From NCBI RefSeq assembly GCF_009914755.1, contig NC_060926.1: a DNA stretch of 64,000 nt; one strand, 5' to 3'. The stretch's first letter is position 1, and the number at the start of each line of letters is the position of its first letter. The position numbers were made by a program, and so were the translations under genes. The notes under the pieces are model-generated. The model was not told the DNA's origin. It saw only the letters and a program-made list of their open reading frames with translations, and did no database searches. Of this stretch, positions 18,196 to 39,291 are shown in pieces. The stretch comes from the human T2T-CHM13v2.0 reference genome, Homo sapiens.

Positions 18196-18999
18196 TCAAA
18201 AGAAAAATCTTATCGCAGCACTATGGGAGATTCAGTGGACTCACAGTTGCCCCTGCTGGTGTCCCAACATTGAAGGGCCTTAAACAGATTCACCCCATTT
18301 ACCTGAGTTTGCAGGAATTTGAAAAGACTAAAGGCAAAGATGAAAATGAGAAATCTGACCTCGAATCACTGGGGCTAGTGGTCAGGCATATTAATCAGGA
18401 CAAACACTGATGCAGGGGTCAGGTTCTCTTGGCCTGATCCTCAACAACACACCTGGGGCTTGTGCATATGTGTGAGGATAACGAACACGGGGTGGAGAAA
18501 AACTTCTGAGAGTTCTTCCCACAGGATCCCAATGCATTATGTTATCAAAACCTGTTAGTGAAGTCATAACTGGGTGACAGTTTGCTAGGGAGCATCTGGG
18601 GATATAAAGATTGATGAGATGAAGGTGAAAGTTTGGATGAAAACTGGAACATTAGAACGGACTTCATGTGAACTGCTTGTGTCTCCTCTACCTAAGTGTG
18701 TTATTAGATGGAGTCATGTCTGACTGGGAGCACTTCCCATTCCTAGTATTATAAAATCAAAGGTATGTAAGTTTGCCCTTCTGCAATCATTAATTGGGCA
18801 TACTAAATGGGAACCTATAGAGTTGCCTGAGCCCACATAGCTTGTTAATTTGACACAGTGTCAGATGAATCCTAGTAGACAAAAAGAGAATACCACTTTA
18901 ATTGCTGACATGTTAGAAGTTGGAGTGCTGATACTAACAAATTTTCTGTACAAATGTCCTGTGTGGCCCAGGAAAAAGGGAAGTGGCTCATCAAGACTA

Positions 19000-19714
<715 letters not shown>

Positions 19715-20173
19715 TCAATACGCTGCATTGCTAATGCCACAATCACATCAGAAACTGAAAAACAAGCCAGGATTGACTTAATGCAGTAGTGAACAGTCAT
19801 CACTAACACAGGCTGGTTGACCAATCTAGCAAAGATCCCAGAGTCCATATCAATGGTGGAATTCTCAGGAATAACCTGGGCAGGAGCTATCACATCCCAC
19901 AGGCAGCTAAACTAGACTCTCTTGTTATCTACTACTGGAACTCAGTGAGAAGCACAGGGTCGGGTGGGTTGTTTGGATTTGGAAGACACATTCTGCATCT
20001 GGAAAGAGTGCGAGCTCTTATCTATTAAGGCTGAAGAAAGGCTGTATTTGAATGGGAGCCATCACAATAGCAGTCTATGACTGAATTTCAAGAATTGATG
20101 TCTGGATATATATTGGGCCCTTATGGTCCACTCTGATATGATTTTGGAAGTTCAGTCAGTTCAATCAGCACTC

Positions 20174-20479
<306 letters not shown>

Positions 20480-20790
20480 CAGTCAGCACTCTTATCTGCA
20501 GGCTTCACATCTCCTTGGTTCACGTTAACATTCCTAAAGTAGATGGTCAGCATCCTGTTTGGAAACCTCCCCACTCTAACCAACTGATGGTAAAACAAAT
20601 TGAAGAGGTTGAGAACAAGTAAGCTCAGTAAGCTGAATTGCATGCTATTTTCCTTGCAGTGGTGGAAGAATTAAACAACAATTAGAGCCCTGTAGTCCAG
20701 GTGCATTCCAACTCATGGGCATTGGCCAACAGCTGGCCATGTGGTCAGGAAGAGGAACAATGGAAAACTGGATTGTTAGTGGGGTGTCCA

Positions 20791-21140
<350 letters not shown>

Positions 21141-21466
21141 TTAAATAGGACATATTAATGCCCATCAGAAGAACCTTTTTCCCAGACTGGAAAGTGATTG
21201 GAACCCCAAGTGGATATCATGGTACATCCAAGGTGGCCAACTGGGCCCATGAAATGAGTGGACATTGGGGGCAGCAGCAATGCAGAGAGGGGTGATCATA
21301 GATACATAGTCTTCTGCACCCCCAGAAGCATAAAATGCCAACAAGAACTGTCCTCACTGCCCTCCAACCCGGCTCACATCCCTACTGACTCCCCACCATG
21401 CCAGCTCACTCTCCCATTTGGTGTCCCTTTTGTGTAATATCTCTTTTCCCACTGTTGGAAACTCAT

Positions 21467-22595
<1,129 letters not shown>

Positions 22596-22747
22596 CATTC
22601 TTCGGTATTCAGCTATAGTGTATTATACAGTACCTTAAAATTCTAGCAAGATGCAAGGAATAGCTACCCTTGAAGTGAGACTTCAACCTCTTTGTTTCTT
22701 GTTCCCAATATGTTTATTTGACGTGGTGGAGAATTACAGATGGTTGG

Positions 22748-23755
<1,008 letters not shown>

Positions 23756-24240
23756 TATTATTTAAATTGTATACTTTTTCATTGTCAAACAATTAGAAAA
23801 TTTACATTTGGAACTGATATGTACCTTGTCCTGCAGTGTAGCTTTCTGCTGTTGTTTATCAGGGACTAGGTTTCTCAAGTGTTGCTCAGAGAAAATTGGC
23901 AACAATGGTTTAGAGAACCTATGGGGTTGGTGCCAGATGGGCTGGGAGTCAGCATTGTCTGAATTAGATATTGGAGTTGATGACCCCTCACCCCCAGGCA
24001 CCTTCTACTCAAATTATCATAGTTAGTGGGATATTGACAACTACTACGGAATCTCTTTGTACACAGCACAGGGCCTGGAAAACAGTCAGCGTTTAATGAA
24101 TATTTACTGGCTGGCTGAGATTCCTGCAAAAGCATAACTCTGCTACAAGGTTCTCAGGTGGATGCCGATTATGACTTTAAAGTTCTTGTACAGTTCACAA
24201 ACTCTTTTCACATGTGCTACAGATAATTTTAAGAATTCAA

Positions 24241-24356
24241 GGCTGGGTGTGGTGGCTCACATCTGGAATTCTAGCATTTTTGGAGATCCAAGCAGGAAGA
24301 TCATTTGAGTTCAGGAGTTCAAGACCAGCCTGGGCAACATAGGGAGACACCATTTC

Positions 24357-24394
<38 letters not shown>

Positions 24395-24555
24395 ATTAGC
24401 CAGGTGTGGTGACAGCGCCTGTAGTCCCAGCTATTCAGGAAGCTAAGGTGGGAGGATCACTTGAACCTGAGAGATCCAGTTTGCAATGAGCCATGATTGT
24501 TTCACTGCACTCCAGCCTGGGCAACAGAGGGAGACCTTATCTCAAAAACGAAATA
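24241..24555 (+). mobile_element. AluJ with (CAA)n expansion in linker
   Basis: Dimer; about 12 CAA units at ~24356-24392. Confidence 0.9.
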
Positions 24556-24764
24556 AACTGTTGTATCTGTGTCTTCCTATAAAATTCTATCATTTGAACT
24601 TAGGACTCTTTTCATCAAATCCTTTATTTACACCATCCAAAAAGAATTTATTTGATGGAATGAAACCACTGTGAGTCCCCTGTGGTTCTAGAATACAGCA
24701 CCTTTTTTTTTTTTTTTTTTTTTTTTTTTTGAGACTGCAACCTCTGCTTCCCAGGTTCAGGTGA

Positions 24765-25346
<582 letters not shown>

Positions 25347-25352
25347 TAGTTT

Positions 25353-26831
25353 TGAGAGGTGACATCGTGCTGGCTCGCTCTTGGCGCCTCCTCGGCCCGG
25401 TGCCCACTCTGGCCGCGCTTGAGGAGCCTTTCAGCCCACCGCTGCACTGAGGGATCCCCTCTCTGTGCTGGCCGAGGCCAGAGCCCGCTCCCTCTGCTTG
25501 CGGGAAGGTGTGGAGGGAGAGACGCCGGCTGGAACTGGGGCTGCCCGCGGTGCTCGCGGGCCAGAGTGAGTTCCGGGTGGATGCGGGCTCGGCAGGCCCC
25601 GAACTCAGAGCAGCGCGCCGGGCAGTGAAGGGCTTAGCACCCAGGCCAGCAGCTGCGGAGGGTGCGCTGGGTCCCCCAGCACTGACGGCCCGCCCGCGCC
25701 CCACTTGAATTCTCGCAGGGCCTCAGCTGCCTCCCCACAGTGCAGGGCTTGGGACCTGCAGCCCGCCATGCCCGAGCTCCGCACCCCCGCCGTGAGCTGC
25801 TGCGTGGCCGCCCCCTGCTCCGCAGCGCCCGGTCCTGTAGGCCGCCAAGGGCTGAGGAGTGCGGGCTAACAGCCCAGGACTGGTGGGCAGCTCCCCCAGG
25901 CGGCCCTAGCGGGGGATCCATTAGGTGAAGCCAGCTGGGCTCCTGAGTTGAGTGGGGACTTGGAGAACTTTTATGTCTAGCTGGAGGATTGTAAATGCAC
26001 CAATCAGCACTCTGTGTTTAGCTAAAGGTTTGTAAACGTACCAATCACTGCTCTGTGTCTAGCTAATCTAGTGGGGACTTGGAGAACTTTTGTCTAGCTA
26101 AAGGATTGTAAATGCACCAATCAGCACCCTGTGTCTAGCTCAAGGTTTATAAATGCACCAATCAGTGCTCTTCGTCTAGCTGATCTAGTGGGGAGTTGGA
26201 GAACTTTTGTGTCTAGCTAAAGGATTGTAAATGCACCCATCAGCAGTCTGTGCCTAGCTCAAGGTTTGTAAATGCACCAATCAGCACCCTGTCAAAATGG
26301 ACCAATCAGCTCTCTGTAAAATGGGCCAATCAGCTCTCTGTAAGATGGACCAATTAGCAGGATGTGGGTGGGGCCAGATACCAGAATAAAAGCAGGCTGC
26401 CTGAGGTAGCAGTGCCAACCTGCTGGGGTCTCCTTCCTCACTATGGTAGGTTTGTTCTTTCGCTCTTTGCAGTAAATATTGCTGTTGCTCACACTTTGGT
26501 CTGCACTGCGTTTGTGAGCTGTAATACTCATTGCAAAGGTCTGCAGCTTGACTCTTGAGGCCAGCGAGAGCACGAACCCACTGAGAGAAATGAACAACTC
26601 CAGACGTGCCACCTTAAAAGCTGTAACATTCACCACGAAGGTGTGCAGCTTCACTTCTGAAGCCACCGAGACCACGAACCCCACCAGAAGGAAGAAACTC
26701 CAAACACATCCGAACATCGGAAGGAACAAACTCCGGACACACCATCTTTAAGAACTGTAACACTCACCGCGAGGGTTCACAGCTTCATTCTTGAAGTCAG
26801 TGAGACCAAGAACCCACCAATTTTGGACACA
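25353..26831 (+). mobile_element. LTR12 (ERV9) solo LTR, C/D/E-type
   Basis: Starts TGAGAGGTGAC, ends GGACACA; CpG-rich 5' part; tandem GCACCAATCAGC units; 4-bp TSD GTTT. Confidence 0.95.
25960..26420 (+). promoter_or_regulatory. LTR12 U3 enhancer/promoter: CCAAT (NF-Y) repeats and TATA-like AATAAA
   Basis: About 8 CCAAT boxes 26000-26355; AATAAA at 26385-26390; matches established ERV9 LTR promoter layout. Confidence 0.7.
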
Positions 26832-27439
26832 GTTTTAGTAGAGATGGGGTTTCACCGTGTTAGCCAGGATGGTCTTGATCTCCTGACCTCATGATCTGCC
26901 CGTCTCGGCCTCCCCTGGTGCTGGGATTACAGGTATGAGCCGCCGCACCCGGCCAATTTTTGTTTTTTTAGCAGAGATGGGGTTTCACCATGTTGGCCAG
27001 GATGGTCCCTATCTCTTGACCTAGTGATCCACCTGCCTCGCCTCCCAAAGTGCTGGGAGTGTACCAGCATGCCCGGATGATTTTTTTATTTTTAGTAGAG
27101 ACGGAGTTTCACCATGTTGGCTAGGGTGGTCTGAAACTCCTGGCCTTAGGTAATAATACACCCACCTCGGCCTCCCAATGTGCTGGGATTAGAGGTGAGC
27201 CACTGTTCCCGGCCTCCAGGCTTTTAATGACAAATACAACTGGCATAAATGGGTATTGAGAATGAGCGTGGCTGAGTCTTAGGCAGCATGCTGTTGAATT
27301 TTTCAGAGCACAGATATACAGATTATCCAAAATTCCTGTCAGCCACCGGTGTTTTATAGGAGAGTGGAGAATGTCAGTTAATTTGGCCATTCAGGTAGTG
27401 GAGTTAGGAGAGTGTCTGCCCTGTCCACTGTGTGGAAGT

Positions 27440-28205
27440 TGAAGTCGTTATCCACTCTCCTGTGGCTGGACATTCCAGTGGTTTCCAGTTCTCAAATGTG
27501 CACTATCACGATGATCCTTAGGATGAATTTCTGGAGGTGTAATTTTGCTATGTATGTATATAGATGTAGATGCTCCCACATGTACTTTGTCTTTGAGACA
27601 AACTGCCAGATAACCAAAAAGTGTGTGCCAGATTTCATCAGATTGTAGGAGAGTGTCCATTTTCATGTTCTCTCTTCAAAATTGAAAATGGTGACAGGTT
27701 AAATGTGGTTCACGTCTATAATCCCTGCAGTTTGGGAGGCTGAGGCAGGAGGATCCCCTGAGGCCAGGAGTTTGAAGCTAGCTCGGCAGCATAGGGAGAC
27801 CCCCATCTCTGCAAAAATTTTAAAAAATATATGAGCCAGGCATTCTGGCATGCACCTGTATGTAGCCCCAGCTACTCTGGAGGCTGAGGTGAGAGGATTG
27901 CTTTACCTCAGGAGTTTGAAGCTGCAGTGAGCCATGACCACACCACACTGTATTACACCCTAGGTGACAGAGCAAGACCTTGTCTAAAAAAATTTTTTTA
28001 AATAAAAAAAAACAAATAATTTTGTGAGAATAAATCTACAAAACGTGCTCAGTTTGATAGGTAAAATTTTAAATTGCATCATTAGTTTGTATTGATATAC
28101 AAATGCATATTTTTCTTTTGAAACATTATCCTTCTTTGTGACCTGATGAGCATAACCTGTGTTCACTTTTCAGTTCAGGTGTTAACCTGTTTCCTGTTGG
28201 TTTGC
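27440..28205 (-). mobile_element. Old L1M fragments split by a + AluJ (27700-28015)
   Basis: GGACATT...GTTTCCAGTT, AAACTGCCA, TTAAATTGCAT motifs; Alu dimer in between. Confidence 0.55.
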
Positions 28206-28214
28206 ATTCACTCT

Positions 28215-28519
<305 letters not shown>

Positions 28520-29984
28520 CTACTCTTTATTAATTATGGATAATAAACCTTAGTCCATTACTGATAGCAAAATGTTCACATTATGTTTGCTTTTTTCATT
28601 GAGCAACATTGGAACTGTCATTCATTTTAATATAAGCCTAAGGAGGACACAGCTTGGATTTTAACATTTAATACAGATAATTTTGGGGTAGTTTAAATGT
28701 TTCTTTATTTGGTTAATTTGTACATATTTGTTCATGTTTATTCAATGTGATTATCAAGATTCTTTGAGACCCCTGTTTAAAACAGTAATTTGTATATTCT
28801 TGGAACTTCTCAGGTAAAGGATTATAGCATAGCATAAGTTGTAGCACATAAGATCTTTGCTGCTATTGCATAATAGGTTATGTCCTCTGACTAAAAGTAA
28901 CAATGACTTGGAGTGTTTTATATGGCTCTCTTTTTTTGAACAGGTGTTTCTTTGCCTTTCAGAAATATAAGGGTTTGAATTAAAATATTTTATGCCACCT
29001 GTGTTGCTGGAACCTAAATCATATTTGTAGGGAAGAAGGATGAAGAGGGAGATATTTATGGTGAGTGTTTAACCTCTGAATTTGTCTTCATGGCTGACTT
29101 TGGGGATCAATCATAAAATCATACCTGTGTTCAGTCTGGTGTAACTTTTAAAGTGATTGAGATATTTATTAACCCAGTTATTTATTCTTGGATGTTATTA
29201 TCATTTTAGAGCTTTCTTTGAAAATCTGTCATTTGTTAATTGAGACATCTTGTTTGAAACAATGTGCAGCATAACAGAGAAATCATAGGCCATCATTTGA
29301 GTGACATTTATTGTATGTGGTCCATGATCCTTGAAAGTCTACTTTGTCTGTGTTTTTTGAGCACTCCTTACCTTGGTCCCCTATTTTTGCTAAGTTGGGG
29401 TTTAGTCTGAAAGGCTAAAGGTGAGGAGATTGTGTGTTCCCTTATTGGGGCCTAAGCTTGCCACATGGCGCGTTTCATAGATTGTCATAGGCTCCCACTG
29501 CAGAATACATGGTGATGGCCCACCGTAGCAGGGCTACCCATCCTCGGTCCTATGGTCAGACACCACCCATCTGCCAAGGATTATTGCCCCACATTGACTC
29601 CAGACTATGGGCTTCAGGAAGACCCTGGAGGACAGATTTGTAGGAAGGATGGGGGTTCACTCTGTCAAAGTGTGTATCCTTGAGTGACTTAGTTTTTGTT
29701 CAAATGGAAATTTAAATTCTTTCTAAAAGGAAAAAAATTACACAGAAGATACGTTATTATAGTGTGTTGCTGTCATTAAATTTATCTAATGAAATAAATA
29801 GATAAACAGAGACTGTCTCTCCCTCTGATGGGGATGTGTTGATGGTGTTCTTAGGAGAGGACCGTGTGGAAAACTTGCCTCTGAGGCCCCCAGGCCTAAG
29901 GTCCTCCATCCTCCCATGGAGGCTGTTTGCTGTCGCACTGGAGGAATGCTTTTCCTCTTAGGACAATCATGGCTTGTAGCAGAG

Positions 29985-30432
<448 letters not shown>

Positions 30433-30602
30433 AAAGAGAGTGCCAGGCATACCCTTCTTACAGGGAAGTGAGAGGTAAAGGAGAAAATGCAGCAGATGCT
30501 TGCCCCTGTCTCTGGCTGAACTTGGACAGATTCAAAAGAGGGAAATACAAGGTTTTGAAGAAATTAGGAGCTCAGAACAGGGCTGATCAGAACTCTAGGA
30601 GA

Positions 30603-30908
30603 GGCTGGGCACAGTGGCTCATGCCTGTAATGCCAGCACTTTGGGAGGCTGAGGCAGGCAAATCACCTGAGGTCGGGAGTTCTAGACCAGACAGGACAAT
30701 ATGGCGAAGTCTCATCTCTACTAAAAATACAAAAAATTAGCCAGTCATGGTGGTACATGCCTGTAATCCCAGCTACTCAGGAGGCTGAGGCAGGAGAATC
30801 ACTTGAACCCGGGAGGCAGAGGCTGCAGTGAGCAGAGATCGTGCCATTGCACTACAGCCTGGGCAACAAGAGGGAAACTGTCACAAAACAAAAACAAACA
30901 AACAAAAA
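30603..30908 (+). mobile_element. AluS
   Basis: Full dimer; AACTCTAGGAGA / AACTCTGGGAGA flanks. Confidence 0.93.
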
Positions 30909-31594
30909 ACTCTGGGAGAGACCTCCATTCAAGAGTATGGTCCAAGGCATTGGGTACCTGTTGTGAGGGCTCAGAGCTCAGGAGTAAAGCAGCCCAGGCT
31001 ATCAGCTGGGGTGGAGGGATAACCTGTGGCCCACTTTTGCTTGGTCTTTGTGCAGAAGAGTCTGCATCTCAGGTCCATCCCTCTCACCTCCAGCTTGCCC
31101 TGAGTACAACTTAGAACCATTGTGTGGATGGTGGGCAGCAGGAATTGTCCTGGACAGGCCCCTCCCTGGTTTGGTCAGCCCTGCTTGAATGGGGTCTTTG
31201 CGAGGAATCTTTTCAGAGGCTGTCATCTCTAGAAGGTTGGCCAACAGGTGGAGATGAACACAGCAGTTACTTTGGTTAAGAAAAGTGGCGAAAAACTATA
31301 GTGCAGCCCATTGCATTCTGGGTTAGCCTCTCATAGTTATAAAGAATGCAAAACCCTGTCCTATTGGAAGCGACTTGCTGGCAAAAGAATTCCTCCCTGT
31401 CCCCAAGTTTCCTCTGGTTACTGCTTTGCTATGTCGTCTTTCTGTCCCTCCACTGCCTGGCAGCTTGGAAGAAGCCAGTATGTTCCTACAGCTCTAACCC
31501 AGAGCAAATCTTCTCTGAAAACGCCAGGAAGTTGGACATGAGCAAGAATTTTAAAATCATTTTGGAACTGTGAAAATTGAGATATGATTGTCCT

Positions 31595-32607
31595 GTTCTT
31601 GTCTTACCTAACTAAAACAGAGAGGCCGAAAGTAAAATGCACTAGGGTACATAACATTGTTCCAAGAATGTAATTCTCTGTGAGGCTGGCTGCTGAAACT
31701 GTGGGCTGTCACCTGAAACCAGTTTTATCTAATGGCTGCCGAAACCTGCTATGATTCTAAGAATAGTTTCACCCATTGCTGTCACTGAACAGTCAAAACC
31801 TGCCAGCTCTCCACATTCTTACTGTGCCAACGAATTTTTTCAAAGAGCAATACAACTTTTTTTTGTTGTTTTTTTTGGAGACAGGGTCTCACTCTGTCAC
31901 TCAGGCTGGAGTACAGTGCGTGGTCACAGCTCACTGCAGTCTCAACCTTCCAGGCCCAACCGATCCTCCTGCCTGAGCCTCCTGAGCACACCACCATACC
32001 TGGCTATTTTTATTTTTAATTTTTTTGTGCAGACAGAGTCTCCCTGTGTTGACCAAGCTAGTCACAAACTACTTGACTCAAGGGATCTTTCCACCTCGGC
32101 CTCCCAAAGTGCTAGGATTACAGGCATGAGCCATGATGCCTGGCCCAACATTAAAAAAAAATAAAACCTCTAACCTTCTCTTTGTTCTTCAGACATAGAC
32201 CATCCAGTCTGTGCATATGCTTTGAATTGTAATTCTTTCCAAGTAAAACATTTTTCGAGGTGCAGTTGCTCATATCTCTAATCCCAGCACTTTGGGAGGC
32301 CAAGGTGGGAGGATGGCTTGAAACCAGGAGTTCCAGACCAGCCTGGATAACATAGCAAAACCTCATCTCTACAAAAACTAAAAAATTAATTGTATGTGAT
32401 AGCACACAGCTGTAGTCCCAGGTACTCAGGAGGCTGAGGTGGGAGAATTGTTTGAGCCCAGGAGTTCGAGGCTACAGTGAGGTGTGATCACACCACTGCA
32501 CTCTAGCCTGGGCAACAGAGCCAGACCCTGTCTCAAAAAATAAAGAAACAACAACAACAAAAATTTTAATCTGAGAGATTTTTCTCTATATTTTATTTGA
32601 CTTCAAC
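31595..32607 (+). mobile_element. ERV1 LTR (LTR26-like) split by AluJ (-, 31855-32146) and AluJ (+, 32258-32560)
   Basis: GGCTGCTGAAACT..CCTGAAACCAGTTTTATCTAATGG; ends TATATTTTATTTGACTTCAACA; family name tentative. Confidence 0.55.
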
Positions 32608-34045
32608 AGAACTATTTCATGTTGTCTTTTTTTCCAGGCAGTTTTGCATTTGTGCCTTTTGTAGAAGAAAGTATCATTAATTGTTTTTCTGGCAGGATGG
32701 AAGACGTTAAAGTTAAAAATTGAGAGAAAATCAGTCTGATGATGGGTTAGAGCAGAGGCTGTGGGCTCCCTCAGTGACTCGGCAGGTAGAGTGGAACTCC
32801 CGGCAGAAAGAGATGTTGCATCCTACACGAGAGGCCCACAGCCTCCCCTTGCCACCTGAAAATGAGGCAGGCGGTGCCAGCAGCGTGACCCTCTGGAGTA
32901 GGGTGGCGGATCAGTGTCAATTATTCAGCATTTGGTTGACATTCAGGCACAGCTTGGTGGGAGGAATTGGATGAAAATGCTACTCTAGAGTTGAGTATGT
33001 GGTAGAGATAGGCTCCTGATGCTGTGCTATGAGGCTGAGGGAACCAGGAGGAACCATAGAATCACAGCCTTCCATAGGGGTGAGGTTGAGAGGGTCTAAT
33101 CCATCTAAGGAGAAACAAGCTGAAGAAGGTAGCCTAGGCTGGCTGTTTGAATCGTAATCATGCTCATTTTGGAGGAGAGTAGAAAACAGCCATGACTATT
33201 TGGGATGTGCATGACTTTTCACTTCATACTGGCGATGGGCCCACTCTACTGTCCTTGATCTGGGGTCTCCCCTGCTCCACTTCACCAGAATTTCAGAAAC
33301 TCAGGCTGGGTCTCCTCCTGGCCATTCTAGCACCATTCAAAAGTAATCCCCCCACCTTCCTGATCCTCCACACCTGTTTCTCCCCTTTTCCCTCTAGACA
33401 AAAAGTCTCATTTTTTGTAACTATATCTCCCACTTCTTCAATTTCAGTCCTCTCCACTAACAAAGTTGCTTTGTTTGTAAATCTATCTCCCAGCTCTTCA
33501 ACTTCCCCTCAGTTACTGGCTGGTGCTCCTTGTTCCTTTCCTTTGTCATTCCTCTTGTGGGGGAAGATCAGCATTCTGTTTGCATTTGGACATTTTCTCC
33601 CCACCTTCTGACCTTTCCATCTTGGCGCACTCTCTGTCAATGGGGGCATTGACTGTTGCCACCATCTTGGTTGCTTTTCTGTGTGACCCTCAGGTCCATG
33701 GCTTCTCCCTGGTCTGTCCCTCACCATTACCCCGACTCCCAACTCATTTTATTATGGTTGGGACTCTGTCTCCTGTTTTACAAAATGAATTCACCTTATT
33801 GCTTTATCCAATTATGAAAATACAGGGTGATTTAAAAATTCACATAGTGCAGAAAGACGTCAAAAAGAAGTAAACAGTTGTCTGAAATCATAGGCAAGGT
33901 GGCTGAACTCAACATTTTGGTGACTGAGAGGATAACGTTCCAGGTATGATGAAATTCTCACATGGATTACATAATTTTACATATAACTTAATTTATTATC
34001 TTTTCTGCTGTTTTACTCAACAATTTGTCCTGGGTTTTTACGTCA

Positions 34046-34746
<701 letters not shown>

Positions 34747-34762
34747 TCATTAAATATTCTAG

Positions 34763-35115
<353 letters not shown>

Positions 35116-35259
35116 TAACAATAATTCATTATTATTGTCACATAGGCAGTGTTCAGAGTCCCCTCGCTGTCTCAAAATTGGAAAAGTTTGTTTGTATCAG
35201 GGTCTAGATTATTTTTTAATGGCTGTGTGGGTACGCTATTTGGATGTACCCTCATTTTG

Positions 35260-35590
35260 TTGATGGACTGTGAACTGAATGTCATTTACATGGTGAAACC
35301 CTATCCTCCTAAAGGGATGGTGTTAGGAGGTGGGGCCTTTGGGAGGTGATTAGGGATGGATAAGGTCCTGAGGGCGAAGCCGCCACAATGAGATAAATTC
35401 TCTTAACAGAGGCCCCAATATGAGCTTGTTCTCTTTCCACCTTGTGAGAATGCAGCAAGGAGCCAGCCTCAGCAACCAGAAAGTGGGCCCTGATCATTGA
35501 CTTCTACCCTCCAGAACCGTGAAAAATCATCTGTTGTTTGTAAGGCACCATGGCTTTGGAGCTTTGGTATAGCAGCCCGAAGAGACATCT
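35260..35590 (+). mobile_element. MLT1A/MST-like MaLR LTR
   Basis: GGAGGTGGGGCCTTTGGGAGGTGATTAGG...CCTCCAGAACCGTGA...ATAGCAGCCCGAA. Confidence 0.75.
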
Positions 35591-35671
35591 AGGTTGTTTG
35601 CAATGGTTTGTCTTTATTTGACCATATCTATGATGAATATACTAGAATTGGTTTTGGCTCTTATTTACTCA

Positions 35672-36145
35672 GGCTGAAACTCCAGCTGGAGTTGCCCTAA
35701 AATTGTTGGCAGAGGAATTCCCACATGGGAGTGCCCCAGTCCCTATGGAAATGGGACTTGTTGGGACTCCAAAGAAGGAACACCAAGCTCCAGGGTGATT
35801 GGTTCAAAGTGTTCATTAGGGGAACTTACTGGGTGCTGTCGCATGTGCCCGGATAGACACCCAGAGAAAAGGATGTTCTGCTTAGGTATGTCCCTGTCAA
35901 GGGTGTCACAGTATGGAGTTTATAGGAAAGGTTCAGGAATTTGGCTCAGGGCCGGTGCCAGTTTCTTTCCACATTTTGGGTAATAATCCAAACATCTTTG
36001 TTAGTGCCTGGGAATATTCACGGCCCCAGCTTGGGTTCAACCTTGTGAGAGAAATGCAGCTGCCCAGCTCACAGAGCAGTCAAAGCACGTGGTGTTTCTT
36101 GGTCAGGACAGGAGAGAAAGGGGGAGAACTGGGGGACCTCACAGC
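35672..36145. mobile_element. Probable LTR, family uncertain
   Basis: TG...CA-bounded ~470 bp block with LTR-like composition. Confidence 0.35.
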
Positions 36146-36404
36146 TCCTCTTGCCAGGTTCTCGGAGGTGGAGTTACAGGGTCACAGAGGAAGGACCGGG
36201 AGGGTTGGGCAGGAGCCTAGCACCAGAGCCGGGTTTGTCTCTGCTCACATCTCTGCCAGTCCAGCAGTGGAGGTTTTCCTTTTCATTTCTCTCAGTATAA
36301 ATGGGATGGAATGCAGTGGCTTATGTTTTCACAGCTTAGTGTCTTTCGTGTATTTTCCCAGGAGGAGTTTGTGCTTTAATTGACTTAACAGTTCTTATCC
36401 AAAG

Positions 36405-36552
36405 CACCATGCCTGGCTAATTTTGTATTTTTACTAGAGATGGGTTTTCTTCATGTTGGTCGGGCTGGTCTCAAACTCCTGACCTCAGGTGTTCTGCCCA
36501 CCTCAGCCTCCCAAAGTGCTGGGATTACAGGCGTGAGCCACTGCGCCCGGCC
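36405..36552 (-). mobile_element. Alu left arm
   Basis: Linker plus left arm only. Confidence 0.88.
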
Positions 36553-36589
36553 CTCAAGGGTTCTTATGACTGAAAAAACCTGAATGTGA

Positions 36590-37828
<1,239 letters not shown>

Positions 37829-37990
37829 TGCTTTTAAAAAATTGTTAAGGGTTTATTTTAATGAAGAGATTATTGATTGATTGTTCTGCTTATTTCTATT
37901 GAAACATTGCTTCTGCGCTAGTCTCTTTTTCCTTCTTCCATTCAAATTACTCATTTGTTAGTGCTTTTTACATCATTCTGTGTGCCTTAG

Positions 37991-38363
<373 letters not shown>

Positions 38364-38977
38364 TGAAACCTGGATATTTTCTCTAGCTTTGTCTCATGTA
38401 CAGCAGGTCTGTCTCTTGAGACCTCATCTCACTTTTGTCAGACTCCAATAGTTAGAAGCAAGTCAATAGATCAGCCCACCAGTAGATCAGCCCTCACAAA
38501 GGGAAGGCTTTAGATGAGGCCATGAATTCCTGATAGCAGGATGGTTGGGCCATTCCAGAGGTCTGCACACCTTACCTGTGGGAGTGAGATTTCTTTCAGG
38601 CCTGCTTTCCGTAGTGCCAAGGGAGCTACTGGCCACTCTAGGCTGGGGTTCTCACAGCTGAGCCCCAGAGCAAACTTCCCCTTCAAGAACCTTGTGTTGG
38701 AACTGCCTGAGTCCGTGGCCAGATAGAAGAAAGATGCCTCTTGTCTGTGGGCTGTACTCATTCTGGAGTCTGAGGGAGTGTCTAAGTGCCTACATAGGCG
38801 CCGCAAGAATGGGTTAAGCAGAGACAGTTCTCATAAGGAGAATCTGGGTGCTGTTGCAAGGAGGGCCAGGGGCTCCAGTGGGGCACAAACAACTGAGGCA
38901 TTGGCATCAGGTTCCCATTGATGAAGCAGTTATTTGTAGTATTGGTCTGTCTCTTTTCCAGGGCTCCCCAAAATCTG

Positions 38978-39291
38978 TTTCTTTTTTCTTTCTTTTTTTT
39001 TTTTTTTTTTGACATGGAGTCTCACTCTGTGACCCAGGCTGGAGTGCAGTGGCACAATATCAGCTCACTGCCACCTCTGTCTACTGGGTTTCAGTGATTC
39101 TCCTGCCTCAGCCTCCTGAGTAGCTAGAACTCCAGGCGTGAGGTACCACACCCGTCTAATTTTTGTATTTTTAGTAGAGATGGAGTTTTGCCATGTTGGC
39201 CTGGCTAGTCTCAAACTCCTGACCTCAAATGATCTGCCTGTCTCGGCCTCCCAAAGTGCTGGGATTACAGGTGTGAGCCACTGTGACTGGT
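38978..39291 (-). mobile_element. AluS
   Basis: Full dimer; CAAAATCTGTTTCT / CCAAATCTGTTTCT flanks. Confidence 0.93.

Noticed and set aside
33192-33873. 139-aa and 116-aa ORFs in a C/T-rich stretch
   Set aside because: Composition-driven Ser/Leu/Phe/Pro-rich frames with no recognisable domain
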